Part shown: in pieces, positions 24,734-36,700 of the stretch | Layout of the letters: each line of letters begins with the position of its first letter | How positions within the stretch are numbered: the first letter of the stretch is position 1 | Assembly (NCBI GenBank): GCA_950097015.1 | Contig: CATNEN010000007.1 | Span: 8,432,001 to 8,496,000, forward strand | Direction of reading: 5' to 3' | Source: Macrostomum hystrix | Taxonomy: Eukaryota > Animalia > Platyhelminthes | DNA: 64,000 bases | Notes under the pieces: model-generated | The model's input: only the letters and a program-made list of their open reading frames with translations | What the model was told of the DNA's origin: nothing | Database searches by the model: none | Position numbers and translations under genes: made by a program

Positions 24734-27700
24734 ATGGCGAGCGCAGTACTTCTGGCGTTCCTCGGCTTAGCAACCGCAATAGCGCCCCTAGCAACAGCGT
24801 CTAGGATAGTTATTCAGGGCAGCGGGGCCACGTTTCCTGAGAATGTGTACGTGGCAGCCTGCGACCGCTACAGGGTGTACAGGAGCGGCAAGGCGGATGT
24901 CACCATCTTGTACAGCGGCGTCGGCAGCGGCTCTGGCAGAGCCAACTTCCAGCGCGGCTACAAGAACCCGGCCGACCCCAGCTACATGCTGTTCGCCGGC
25001 AGCGACTCCGTCATGAGCAGCAAGGAGTACCTGGACTATCCAAGCAGCCAGATGTTCCCCACGCTGGCCGGGTGAGTCACGCGACGGCCTCCTGCGATTC
25101 TGGAATTCGGGAATCGGATTCAGGGAACAGGCTCCAGGGAACGGAATACTGAGCATCGGAATCTAGGACTGGGATTCTCGAAATGGGGCTCTGGGGATGA
25201 AGTTCTGAGAATGGGATTGGGGTTTTTGGATTGGGATTCTGCGATTGAGGTTCTGTGAACGGGATTCGACTGATGGGATTCTACAATTAGGATCCTCTGA
25301 ATGGTATTCTGGAATTAGGTCTTTAGGATTCCGGGAATAGAATTTGGGAAAATTGAATTCCGATAATGGGATTCTGGGAATGGTATTGTGGAAATAAAAT
25401 TCTGGTCATGGGATTCAGATTGGACTCTGGGAATGGGATTCAGGAATGGGATTCTCTGAATGGGATTGTGGAATTGGAATTCTTGGAATGGGATTCTGGA
25501 TGGGATTCTGGATGAGATTTTGGGAATGGGAGTGTGGGATTGGAATTTCGGGAATGGGATTCAGGATGCGATTCAGGATGGGATTGTGGAAATGGGATTC
25601 TGGGAATGGGATACAGGGTGAAATTCATTTAAAGATTGGGATTATGGGAACGGGGATCTAAAGGAGTGGGATTTGATGTTGTAGATTGGGTCGTAATGGA
25701 ATAGCAGGCAAGGCTTTGGCGAGATTTAGACCACAGACATGATTCATTGTGTCTAGTAGCCATTAAGCAGTCATCCAATTTTCGAAGTCACTCAACACTC
25801 AACTCACTCAAGTGGATGAGGCTCAGTGCTAACTAGAGTGCGCAACTGGCTGTCTCGGTTGGTATCGACCAAAATATTTCCAGAATAGAAAGCAAGTGCG
25901 CTGCAGCTTTGTTATCAATAAAAAGCGAGAAGCGGAAAGAAAACAGAAAGCCAACTGTGGCTGGCTGCTGGGGAAACCTTGGCACGGGGGAGTTGGATGG
26001 TGGTTGTGTTTTGTAGAAGACCGGGCAATTTTCTTTTTTTCTTCCTCTACAAGAACACTCCAGTCACACCGTTGGCTGCTCCAGCCTCAGTGCTGAGGTG
26101 CTGAGGCAACAGTTACTGAAGTGCAGCCTCAGTGCTATTAGAGGCCAGCGAAGCGACTCCAGAAATACTAAGATTAGAATTAAAGAGGATAAATAAACAC
26201 TTTTCAAACTTAACGAAACACGAGAATGGGAAAGCAACTTATAGATATTGTAATAAAAGTTCGGCCTGAATATTATTCACATTCGCGTTGTGAGCACGCT
26301 GAGCACGGAGAGCACCGTGAGTACTATGAGCAGTGTGAGCAGTGTGAGCAGTTTGAGCACGGAGAGCACCGTGAGCACTATGAGCAGTGTGAGCAGTGTG
26401 AGCAGTTTGAGCACGGAGAGCACCGTGAGCACTATGAGCAGTGTGAGCAGTGTGAGCAGTTTGAGCACGGAGAGCACCGTGAGTACTGTGAACATGGGGA
26501 GCGCCGTAAGCAGTTGGAGCACCGTTAGCAGTGTGAGCAGTTTGAGCACCATGGTGAAAACTGTGAGCAGTGTGAGAACTATAAGCAGTCTAAGCACCAT
26601 GGTGAGCACTGGGAGCACCGTTAGCAGTGTGAGCAGTATGAGCACCGTAGTGAGCATTGTGAGCAGTGTTAGCAGTTTGAGCACCATAGTGAGCAGTGTG
26701 AGCAGTGTGAGCAGTGTGAGCAGTAAAAGCAGTCTAAGCACTATGGTGAGCACTGGGAGCACCGTAAGCAGTGTGAGCAGTGTGAGCAGTATGAGCCTCC
26801 GTAGTGAGCATTGTGAGCAGTGTGAGCACCGTGAGAACTTCACTGCGGCTAGCAACCTGCGACGGCTTTTCCTACCTGTCCCTCATCCTACTTGTCTTTG
26901 CTTCTGCTCTCCGATTCTCCAGAAATTTCATCCGCATGCGGATACACGGGTGCAGCGGGGCCTCTCCCACTCGCATTGTTAGCCGCTTGGCCATCCCATA
27001 TGGAATATTTTTTCATCAGGCGCAAATCTTCCACCTGCTGCTGCAGGGCCGGCTTATTGTTTTGCCCTAACAATTTACTGCGCTTCCCAGCCGCTTCATC
27101 AGCCTGGCCCCAGCTCCATCTAGGGGCCGATGCTATTTTTAGCTCCAGATGACTAATATATGACTGATATTTATTTACCAGCCCAGCGGACAGCCATTGC
27201 ATCAAGCCATCAGCCTCACCTCGCCTCGCCTCTAGCGGATTATTGCACCCTCAGTGCCCGCACAATGCCTGCCTGCCTGTCAAAGCGCCGGCGTCATTCC
27301 GCTGGGCTGGACGTCATGAGAAGCGGTCCCTAATTAAATTAATGTGTTTGGGGACCAAGGCTCCGCAACGTGATCTCTGTTCATTTTTTTACTGTCCCGT
27401 ACCGTAACGTGTCCCGGGCAAGAGGCCCTGAGTTCGAACCCCGAGCGAGTTTTATTCCGTGCTCAACTGCATCAAACCGAGTTGGCTTCTCAATCGGCCT
27501 GATAATGAATTGACAAAATCAAAATTACTCAAATTCCTAGGATAAAAAATGAATTCACACCAAAAAGTGGCACCCCCATACATGCCTGCCAGCCTTTAGC
27601 AAAGCCGAATCCCAATAGAGGATCTGCGCCGGCATTAATGAACGCCGCCTCCACCACTGAGGCAATAGAAAGATTTGGCGATAAGATTAGGGAATAAAAT

Positions 27701-30700
27701 CCTCAAATCCCCCAGTGTTGACAGGTGGGCAAAGAGAAGGCGCGGCTGTTGTGTGCCTTGCCTCAATAATGCATGATGAGAAGCACGGCCATTGTGAACA
27801 GTGCTCACAGTTCTGGCTTGAGAACACTCGCAAGGCTTTAGCATGAGGCTGGCTTTTCGAAAGCTTTGGAAAAAACAGATCGACAAAGATTCGTTGGAGG
27901 TTTGGCTTCCATCTCCAATGCAACTGAGGCTTGGCTGCCATCTCCAATGCAACTGAGGCTTGGCTGCCATCTCCAATGCAACTGAGGCTTGGCTGCCATC
28001 TCCAATGCAACTGAGGCTTGGCTGCCATCTCCAATGCAACTGAGGCTTGGCTTCCATCTCCAATACAACTGAGGCTTGGCTTCCATCTCCAATGCAACTG
28101 AGGCTTGGCTTCCATCTCCAATGCAACTGAGGCTTGGCTGCCATCTCCAATACAACTGAGGCTTGGCTTCCATCTCCAATACAACTGAGGCTTGGCTTCC
28201 ATCTCCAATACAACTGAGGCTTGGCTGCCATCTCCAATACAACTGAGGCTTGGCTGCCATCTCCAATACAACTGAGGCTTGGCTGCCATCTCCAATACAA
28301 CTGAGGCTTGGCTTCCATCTCCAATACAACTGAGGCTTGGCTGCCATCTCCAATACAACTGAGGCTTGGCTGCCATCTCCAATGCAACTGAGGCTTGGCT
28401 GCCATCTCCAATGCAACTGAGGCTTGGCTGCCATCTCCAATGCAACTGAGGCTTGGCTTCGATCTCCAATACAACTGAGGTTTGGCTTCCATCTCCAATA
28501 CAACTGAGGCTTGGCTGCCATCTCCAATGCAACTGAGGCTTGGCTGCCATCTCCAATGCAACTGAGGCTTGGCTGCCATCTCCAGTACAACTGAGGCTTG
28601 GCTTCCATCTCCAATGCAACTGAGGCTTGGCTGCCATCTCCTGTCCAACTGAGGCTTGGCTGCCATCTCCAATGCAACTGAGGCTTGGCTGCCATCTCCA
28701 GTCCAACTGAGGCTTGGCTTCCATCTCCAGTCCAACTGAGGCTTGGCTGCCATCTCCAATGCAACTGAGGCTTGGCTGCCATCTCCAATGCAACTGAGGC
28801 TTGGCTTCCATCTCCAGTCCAACTGAGGCTTGGCTTCCATCTCCAGTCCAACTGAGGCTTGGCTGCCATCTCCAATACAACTGAGGCTTGGCTGCCATCT
28901 CCAGTCCAACTGAGGCTTGGCTTCCATCTCCAGTCCAACTGAGGCTTGGCTGCCATCTCCAATACAACTGAGGCTTGGCTTCCATCTCCAATACAACTGA
29001 GGCTTGGCTGCCATCTCCTGTCCAACTGAGGCTTGGCTGCCATCTCCAATGCAACTGAGGCTTGGCTGCCATCTCCAGTCCAACTGAGGCTTGGCTGCCA
29101 TCTCCAATACAACTGAGGCTTGGCTTCCATCTCCAATACAACTGAGGCTTGGCTTCCATCTCCAGTCCAACTGAGGCTTGGCTGCCATCTCCAATACAAC
29201 TGAGGCTTGGCTTCCATCTCCAATACAACTGAGGCTTGGCTGCCATCTCCTGTCCAACTGAGGCTTGGCTGCCATCTCCAATGCAACTGAGGCTTGGCTT
29301 CCATCTCCAATGCAACTGAGGCTTGGCTTCCATCTCCAATACAACTGAGGCTTGGCTGCCATCTCCAATGCAACTGAGGCTTGGCTGCCATCTCCTGTCC
29401 AACTGAGGCTTGGCTGCCATCTCCAATGCAACTGAGGCTTGGCTGCCATCTCCAGTCCAACTGAGGCTTGGCTTCCATCTCCAGTCCAACTGAGGCTTGG
29501 CTGCCATCTCCAATACAACTGAGGCTTGGCTGCCATCTCCAGTCCAACTGAGGCTTGGCTTCCATCTCCAGTCCAACTGAGGCTTGGCTGCCATCTCCAA
29601 TACAACTGAGGCTTGGCTTCCATCTCCAATACAACTGAGGCTTGGCTGCCATCTCCAATACAACTGAGGCTTGGCTGCCATCTCCAATGCAACTGAGGCT
29701 TGGCTGCCATCTCCAATGCAACTGAGGCTTGGCTGCCATCTCCAGTACAACTGAGGCTTGGCTTCCATCTCCAATGCAACTGAGGCTTGGCTGCCATCTC
29801 CTGTCCAACTGAGGCTTGGCTGCCATCTCCAATGCAACTGAGGCTTGGCTGCCATCTCCAGTCCAACTGAGGCTTGGCTTCCATCTCCAGTCCAACTGAG
29901 GCTTGGCTGCCATCTCCAATACAACTGAGGCTTGGCTGCCATCTCCAGTCCAACTGAGGCTTGGCTGCCATCTCCAATACAACTGAGGCTTGGCTGCCAT
30001 CTCCTGTCCAACTGAGGCTTGGCTGCCATCTCCAATGCAACTGAGGCTTGGCTTCCATCTCCAATGCAACTGAGGCTTGGCTGCCATCTCCAATGCAACT
30101 GAGGCTTGGCTGCCATCTCCAGTCCAACTGAGGCTTGGCTGCTATCTCCAATGCAACTGAGGCTTGGCTGCCATCTCCAATGCAACTGAGGCTTGGCTGC
30201 CATCTCCAATACAACTGAGGCTTGGCTTCCATCTCCAATACAACTGAGGCTTGGCTTCCATCTCCAGTCCAACTGAGGCTTGGCTGCCATCTCCAATGCA
30301 ACTGAGGCTTGGCTTCCATCTCCAGTCCAACTGAGGCTTGGCTGCCATCTCCAATACAACTGAGGCTTGGCTGCCATCTCCTGTCCAACTGAGGCTTGGC
30401 TGCCATCTCCAATGCAACTGAGGCTTGGCTTCCATCTCCAATGCAACTGAGGCTTGGCTGCCATCTCCAATGCAACTGAGGCTTGGCTGCCATCTCCAGT
30501 CCAACTGAGGCTTGGCTGCTATCTCCAATGCAACTGAGGCTTGGCTGCCATCTCCAATGCAACTGAGGCTTGGCTGCCATCTCCAATACAACTGAGGCTT
30601 GGCTGCCATCTCCAATACAACTGAGGCTTGGCTTCCATCTCCAGTCCAACTGAGGCTTGGCTGCCATCTCCAATACAACTGAGGCTTGGCTTCCATCTCC

Positions 30701-33700
30701 AATACAACTGAGGCTTGGCTGCCATCTCCAATACAACTGAGGCTTGGCTTCCATCTCCAATACAACTGAGGCTTGGCTGCCATCTCCAATACAACTGAGG
30801 CTTGGCTGCCATCTCCAATGCAACTGAGGCTTGGCTGCCATCTCCAATGCAACTGAGGCTTGGCTTCCATCTCCAATGCAACTGAGGCTTGGCTGCCATC
30901 TCCAATGCAACTGAGGCTTGGCTGCCATCTCCAATGCAACTGAGGCTTGGCTTCCATCTCCAATGCAACTGAGGCTTGGCTGCCATCTCCAATGCAACTG
31001 AGGCTTGGCTGCCATCTCCAATGCAACTGAGGCTTGGCTTCGATCTCCAATACAACTGAGGTTTGGCTTCCATCTCCAATACAACTGAGGCTTGGCTGCC
31101 ATCTCCAATGCAACTGAGGCTTGGCTGCCATCTCCAATGCAACTGAGGCTTGGCTGCCATCTCCAGTACAACTGAGGCTTGGCTTCCATCTCCAATGCAA
31201 CTGAGGCTTGGCTGCCATCTCCTGTCCAACTGAGGCTTGGCTGCCATCTCCAATGCAACTGAGGCTTGGCTGCCATCTCCAGTCCAACTGAGGCTTGGCT
31301 TCCATCTCCAGTCCAACTGAGGCTTGGCTGCCATCTCCAATACAACTGAGGCTTGGCTGCCATCTCCAGTCCAACTGAGGCTTGGCTTCCATCTCCAGTC
31401 CAACTGAGGCTTGGCTGCCATCTCCAATGCAACTGAGGCTTGGCTTCCATCTCCAATACAACTGAGGCTTGGCTGCCATCTCCTGTCCAACTGAGGCTTG
31501 GCTGCCATCTCCAATGCAACTGAGGCTTGGCTTCCATCTCCAATGCAACTGAGGCTTGGCTGCCATCTCCAATGCAACTGAGGCTTGGCTGCCATCTCCA
31601 ATGCAACTGAGGCTTGGCTTCCATCTCCAATGCAACTGAGGCTTGGCTGCCATCTCCAATGGAACTGAGGCTTGGCTGCCATCTCCAATGCAACTGAGGC
31701 TTGGCTGCCATCTCCAATACAACTGAGGCTTGGCTGCCATCTCCAATGCAACTGAGGCTTGGCTGCCATCTCCAATACAACTGAGGCTTGGCTTCCATCT
31801 CCAATGCAACTGAGGCTTGGCTGCCATCTCCAATGCAACTGAGGCTTGGCTGCCATCTCCAATACAACTGAGGCTTGGCTGCCATCTCCAATGCAACTGA
31901 GGCTTGGCTTCCATCTCCAATGCAACTGAGGCTTGGCTGCCATCTCCAATGGAACTGAGGCTTGGCTGCCATCTCCAATGCAACTGAGGCTTGGCTGCCA
32001 TCTCCAATACAACTGAGGCTTGGCTTCCATCTCCAATGCAACTGAGGCTTGGCTGCCATCTCCAATGCAACTGAGGCTTGGCTGCCATCTCCAATACAAC
32101 TGAGGCTTGGCTGCCATCTCCAATACAACTGAGGCTTGGCTGCCATCTCCAATACAACTGAGGCTTGGCTGCCATCTCCAATACAACTGAGGCTTGGCTG
32201 CCATCTCCAATACAACTGAGGCTTGGCTGCCATCTCCAATACAACTGAGGCTTGGCTGCCATCTCCGATACAACTGAGGCTTGGCTGCCATCTCCAATAC
32301 AACTGAGGCTTGGCTGCCATCTCCAGCTCTCGAGGTCTGACGTCAGTGAGCACGCATCGATCAGACGTTGAGCAGAGAAATTCCAACTTGGAGTCGCCGC
32401 CTTCCCCCTGACTTTGCAGTGTCGACTTTCTCCCATAATTAATGCCTAAATCCGAGGATGCAAATTTAGCTTTTCCTCTCTTGACTGCGTGCGACACTCT
32501 AGACAGCAGGTAATTCGACAACTGTTAGATGGGGAATGCACATGCTTGATTAGGACTAACTCAACAGCATCGATTTGAGCAGATTGAGTGGCCGGCCCGG
32601 CACCGCAGTTGGACCGCAGTAAAATCTTTCCTTATGGAGTTCGCAAAGCGTCACTTGCCCCAGCTTTGTTTTTCTGAAGCTATTCCGCTTGACTTGCCAG
32701 GAGGTCGACGGCGATGATGCTGTCCTGAGTTCTGGGAGTCCCGGATCTCATTTCATCAGCGAGTGAAACAAATGTTCGCCATCATTGATTAACTCTCTAA
32801 TTAAAACTGTTTAGTTGGAGTTCCACCGGACTTTAGAAAATTCCGCAGCTAATCAAAACTGTTTAGTTGGAGTTCCACCGGACTTTAGAAAATTCCGCAG
32901 CTAATCAAAACTGTTTAGTTGGAGTTCCACCGGACTTTAGAAAATTCCGCAGCTAATCAAAACTGTTTAGTTGGAGTTCCACCGGACTTTAGAAAATTCC
33001 GCAGCTAATCAAAACTGTTTAGTTGGAGTTCCACCGGACTTTAGAAAATTCCGCAGCTAATCAAAACTGACCTTGAAATCAGCCTTCAAAACTCAAGGCT
33101 TCATTATCAAATTAAATTTGTACTTTTAATTTTTACTCACCAAATGTGTCACCAAATGATGTGCCTTAGCCTGCAGCCCAACTGCAATTAATATTATCAT
33201 TACAAGTATTAACGTAGCTTGGCGGTCACCCGGAACCCGCAGAGCAATGGCCGTGGCCTACCACCCGCCGTCATCCGCCTCCAACCGGTTGAATTTGCGG
33301 CGCCAGACCCTCGTGGACATTTACATGGGCCGGGTGACTCACTGGGACGACCCGACCATCGCGGAGCTGAACCCGAACACCAGCCTGCCGCACCATGCCA
33401 TCCACCCCATGGCCCGCATGGACAAGTCCGGCTCCACCTCCGTGTTCACCTCGGCGCTGAGCGCCTTCTCCGCCGAGTGGAGGCTCAAACCGGGCGAGTT
33501 CGAGACTGAGTTCAACACGGCCACCTGGAGCCACCCAAGGTGGAACAACTCGGTGGTGAAGCTGTTCGCTAAGGGCACCGAGGGACTCACCTCCCTGCTC
33601 ACCAGCATCCGAGACTCCATCGCCTACATATCGGCCTCGGACCTCAAGCTGGACGGCAGCGGCCTCATGAGCCTGGCGCTGGTGCAGAACGCCAAAGGCA

Positions 33701-36700
33701 GCTTCGTGGACTGCACCGTGCCGGCTTCAGTGCAGGCCGCCATGGACTACTTCGCCGGGTCCATGGACTCTAGACTCACCGCGCAACTTATCGACGCGCA
33801 GTCCATTGAAGCCTATCCCATAGCAACCTATACCTACCTGATCATCAACATGAACATGACAAGCAGGTACATCTCTTGAATTACTGAAAACATGTTCGCC
33901 TCTCAGTTTTCGATTTGATCCTGGTTTCATGGCAGCGGTTGTAGCCCAGTGCATGGGTTGTAGCCTAGTGCCTGGGTTGTAGCCTAGTGCATGGGTTGTA
34001 GCTCAGTGCATGGGTTGTAGCCCAGAGCATGGGTTGTAGCCTAGTGCATGGCTTGTAGCTCAGTGCATGGATTGTAGCTCAGTGCATGGGTTGTAGCCCA
34101 GTGCATGGGTTGTAGCTCAGTGCATGGGTTGTAGCTCAGTGCATGGGTTGTAGCTCAGTGCATGGGTTGTAGCCCAGTGCATGGGTTGTAGCTCAGTGCA
34201 TGGGTTGTAGCTCAGTGCATGGGTTGTAGCCCAGTGCATGGGTTGTAGCCCAGTGCATGGGTTGTAGCCTAGTGCATGGCTTGTAGCTCAGTGCATGGAT
34301 TGTAGCTCAGTGCATGGGTTGTAGCCCAGTGCATGGGTTGTAGCTCAGTGCATGGGTTGTAGCTCAGTGCATGGGTTGTAGCTCAGTGCATGGGTTGTAG
34401 CCCAGTGCATGGGTTGTAGCTCAGTGCATGGATTGTAGCTCAGTGCATGGGTTGTAGCCCAGTGCATGGGTTGTAGCTCAGTGCATGGGTTGTAGCTCAG
34501 TGCATGGGTTGTAGCTCAGTGCATGGGTTGTAGCCCAGTGCATGGGTTGTAGCCCAGAGCATGGGTTGTAGCCCAGAGCATGGGTTGTAGCCTAGTGCAT
34601 TGGTTGTAGCCTAGTGCATGGGTTGTAGCCTAGTTCATGGGTTGTAGCCCAGAGCATGGGTTGTAGCCTAGTGCATGGGTTGTAGCTCAGTGCATGGGTT
34701 GTAGCTCAGTGCATGGGTTGTAGCCCAGTGCATGGGTTGTAGCTCAGTGCATGGGTTGTAGCTCAGTGCATGGGTTGTAGCCCAGTGCATGGGTTGTAGC
34801 CCAGTGCATGGGTTGTAGCCCAGAGCATGGGTTGTAGCCTAGTGCATGGGTTGTAGCTCAGTGCATGGATTGTAGCTCAGTGCATGGGTTGTAGCCCAGA
34901 GCATGGATTGTAGCCTAGTGCATGGGTTGTAGCTCAGTGCATGGATTGTAGCTCAGTGCATGGGTTGTAGCCCAGTGCATGGGTTGTAGCTCAGTGCATG
35001 GGTTGTAGCCCAGTGCATGGGTTGTAGCCCAGTGCATGGGTTGTAGCCCAGAGCATGGGTTGTAGCCTAGTGCATGGGTTGTAGCTCAGTGCATGGATTG
35101 TAGCTCAGTGCATGGGTTGTAGCCCAGAGCATGGATTGTAGCCTAGTGCATGGGTTGTAGCTCAGTGCATGGATTGTAGCTCAGTGCATGGGTTGTAGCC
35201 CAGTGCATGGGTTGTAGCCTAGTGCATGGGTTGTAGCCCAGAGCATGGGTTGTAGCCTAGTGCACGGGTTGTAGCTCAGTGCATGGGTTGTAGCTCAGTG
35301 CATGGGTTGTAGCCCAGTGCATGGGTTGTAGCTCAGTGCATGGGTTGTAGCCTAGTGCATGGGTTGTAGCCTAGTGCATGGATTGTTGCTCAGTGCATGG
35401 GTTGTAGCCTAGTGCACGGGTTGTAGCCTAGTGCATGGGTTGTAGCCTAGTGCATGGATTGTTGCTCAGTGCATGGGTTGTAGCTCAGTGCATGGGTTGT
35501 AGCCTAGTGCATGGGTTGTAGCCTAGTGCATGGATTGTTGCTCAGTGCATGGGTTGTAGCCTAGTGCACGGGTTGTAGCCCAGTGCATGGTTTGTAGCTC
35601 AGTGCATGGGTTGTAGCTCAGTGCATGGGTTGTAGCTCAGTGCATGGGTTGTAGCCCAGAGCATAGGTTGTAGCCTAGTGCATGGGTTGTAGCTCAGTGC
35701 ATGGGTTGTAGCCCAGTGCATGGGTTGTAGCTCAGTGCATGGGTTGTAGCCTAGTGCATGGGTTGTAGCCTAGTGCATGGATTGTTGCTCAGTGCATGGG
35801 TTGTAGCCTAGTGCACGGGTTGTAGCTCAGTGCATGGGTTGTAGCTCAGTGCATGGGTTGTAGCCTAGTTGAGTGGTTGTGGCCTAGTAAAATGAGTTCC
35901 AGAATTAGCTGGGTGGTAATTTAGTCTGGCTGTGGCGTCCGCCTAGTCCATGGACTGAACTGCCGTACGCAGGCTGCATATCTAACCCAACTGGGGCAGG
36001 TGTAATCATCTGTGGATGGAGAGTCGATTTCTGTGCGAGTGCATTCCACATTAAATTAAATGTAACATTCCACATGTAACATTCCACATGTAACATTCCA
36101 CATGTAACATTCCACATGTAACATTCCACATGTAACATTCCACATGTAACATTCCACATGTAACATTCCACATGTAACATTCCACATGTAACATTCCACA
36201 TGTAACATTCCACATGTAACATTCCACATGTAACATTCCACATGTAACATTCCACATGTAACATTCCACATGTAACATTCCACATGTAACATTCCACATG
36301 TTAAGGTTGAGAAAAATGAGTACCAGGTCGGCAAATTGTGTAACGGGTTTGTCTAACCGGTTGGCAGTCACCTGATCACCTGATAAAAATCATTGTTAGA
36401 TGCGAGGAGGCCACGGAGTTCTACGGCTTCCTGGACTGGTTCTACTCTGACCCGGAGCCCGCGGGCATCATTCGCAAGAACTCGTTCGTGCCGCTGAGCA
36501 ATGCTGTGCAGCTGAAGGTGCGCGAGTTCGTGCTCAATCGGGCCATGTGCGGCGGCAGCTACCTGCGCGACCTCTGGCTTGAGAAGCGCCGCCTCGAAGA
36601 ACTAAAATTGGAGCCGTCGAACATGTCCTGGATGACGCCGACGCTGACGTCTGTCGGCATCGGCCTGCTGGTGGCGTGCGGCCTTGGCACCTACATCGCC

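Noticed and set aside
27635-32521. 1628-aa and overlapping long ORFs as a giant repeat protein
   Set aside because: Pure 29-bp (non-triplet) satellite giving the same peptide in all frames, antisense within an intron.
24734-33879. Bacterial contaminant pstS gene or pst operon
   Set aside because: Contains spliceosomal introns, has no pstCAB neighbours, and splices in frame to TM and kinase exons.
18740-36300. CRISPR-like appearance of 19-52-bp arrays
   Set aside because: Head-to-tail repeats with no unique spacers and no cas genes, in a eukaryotic context.
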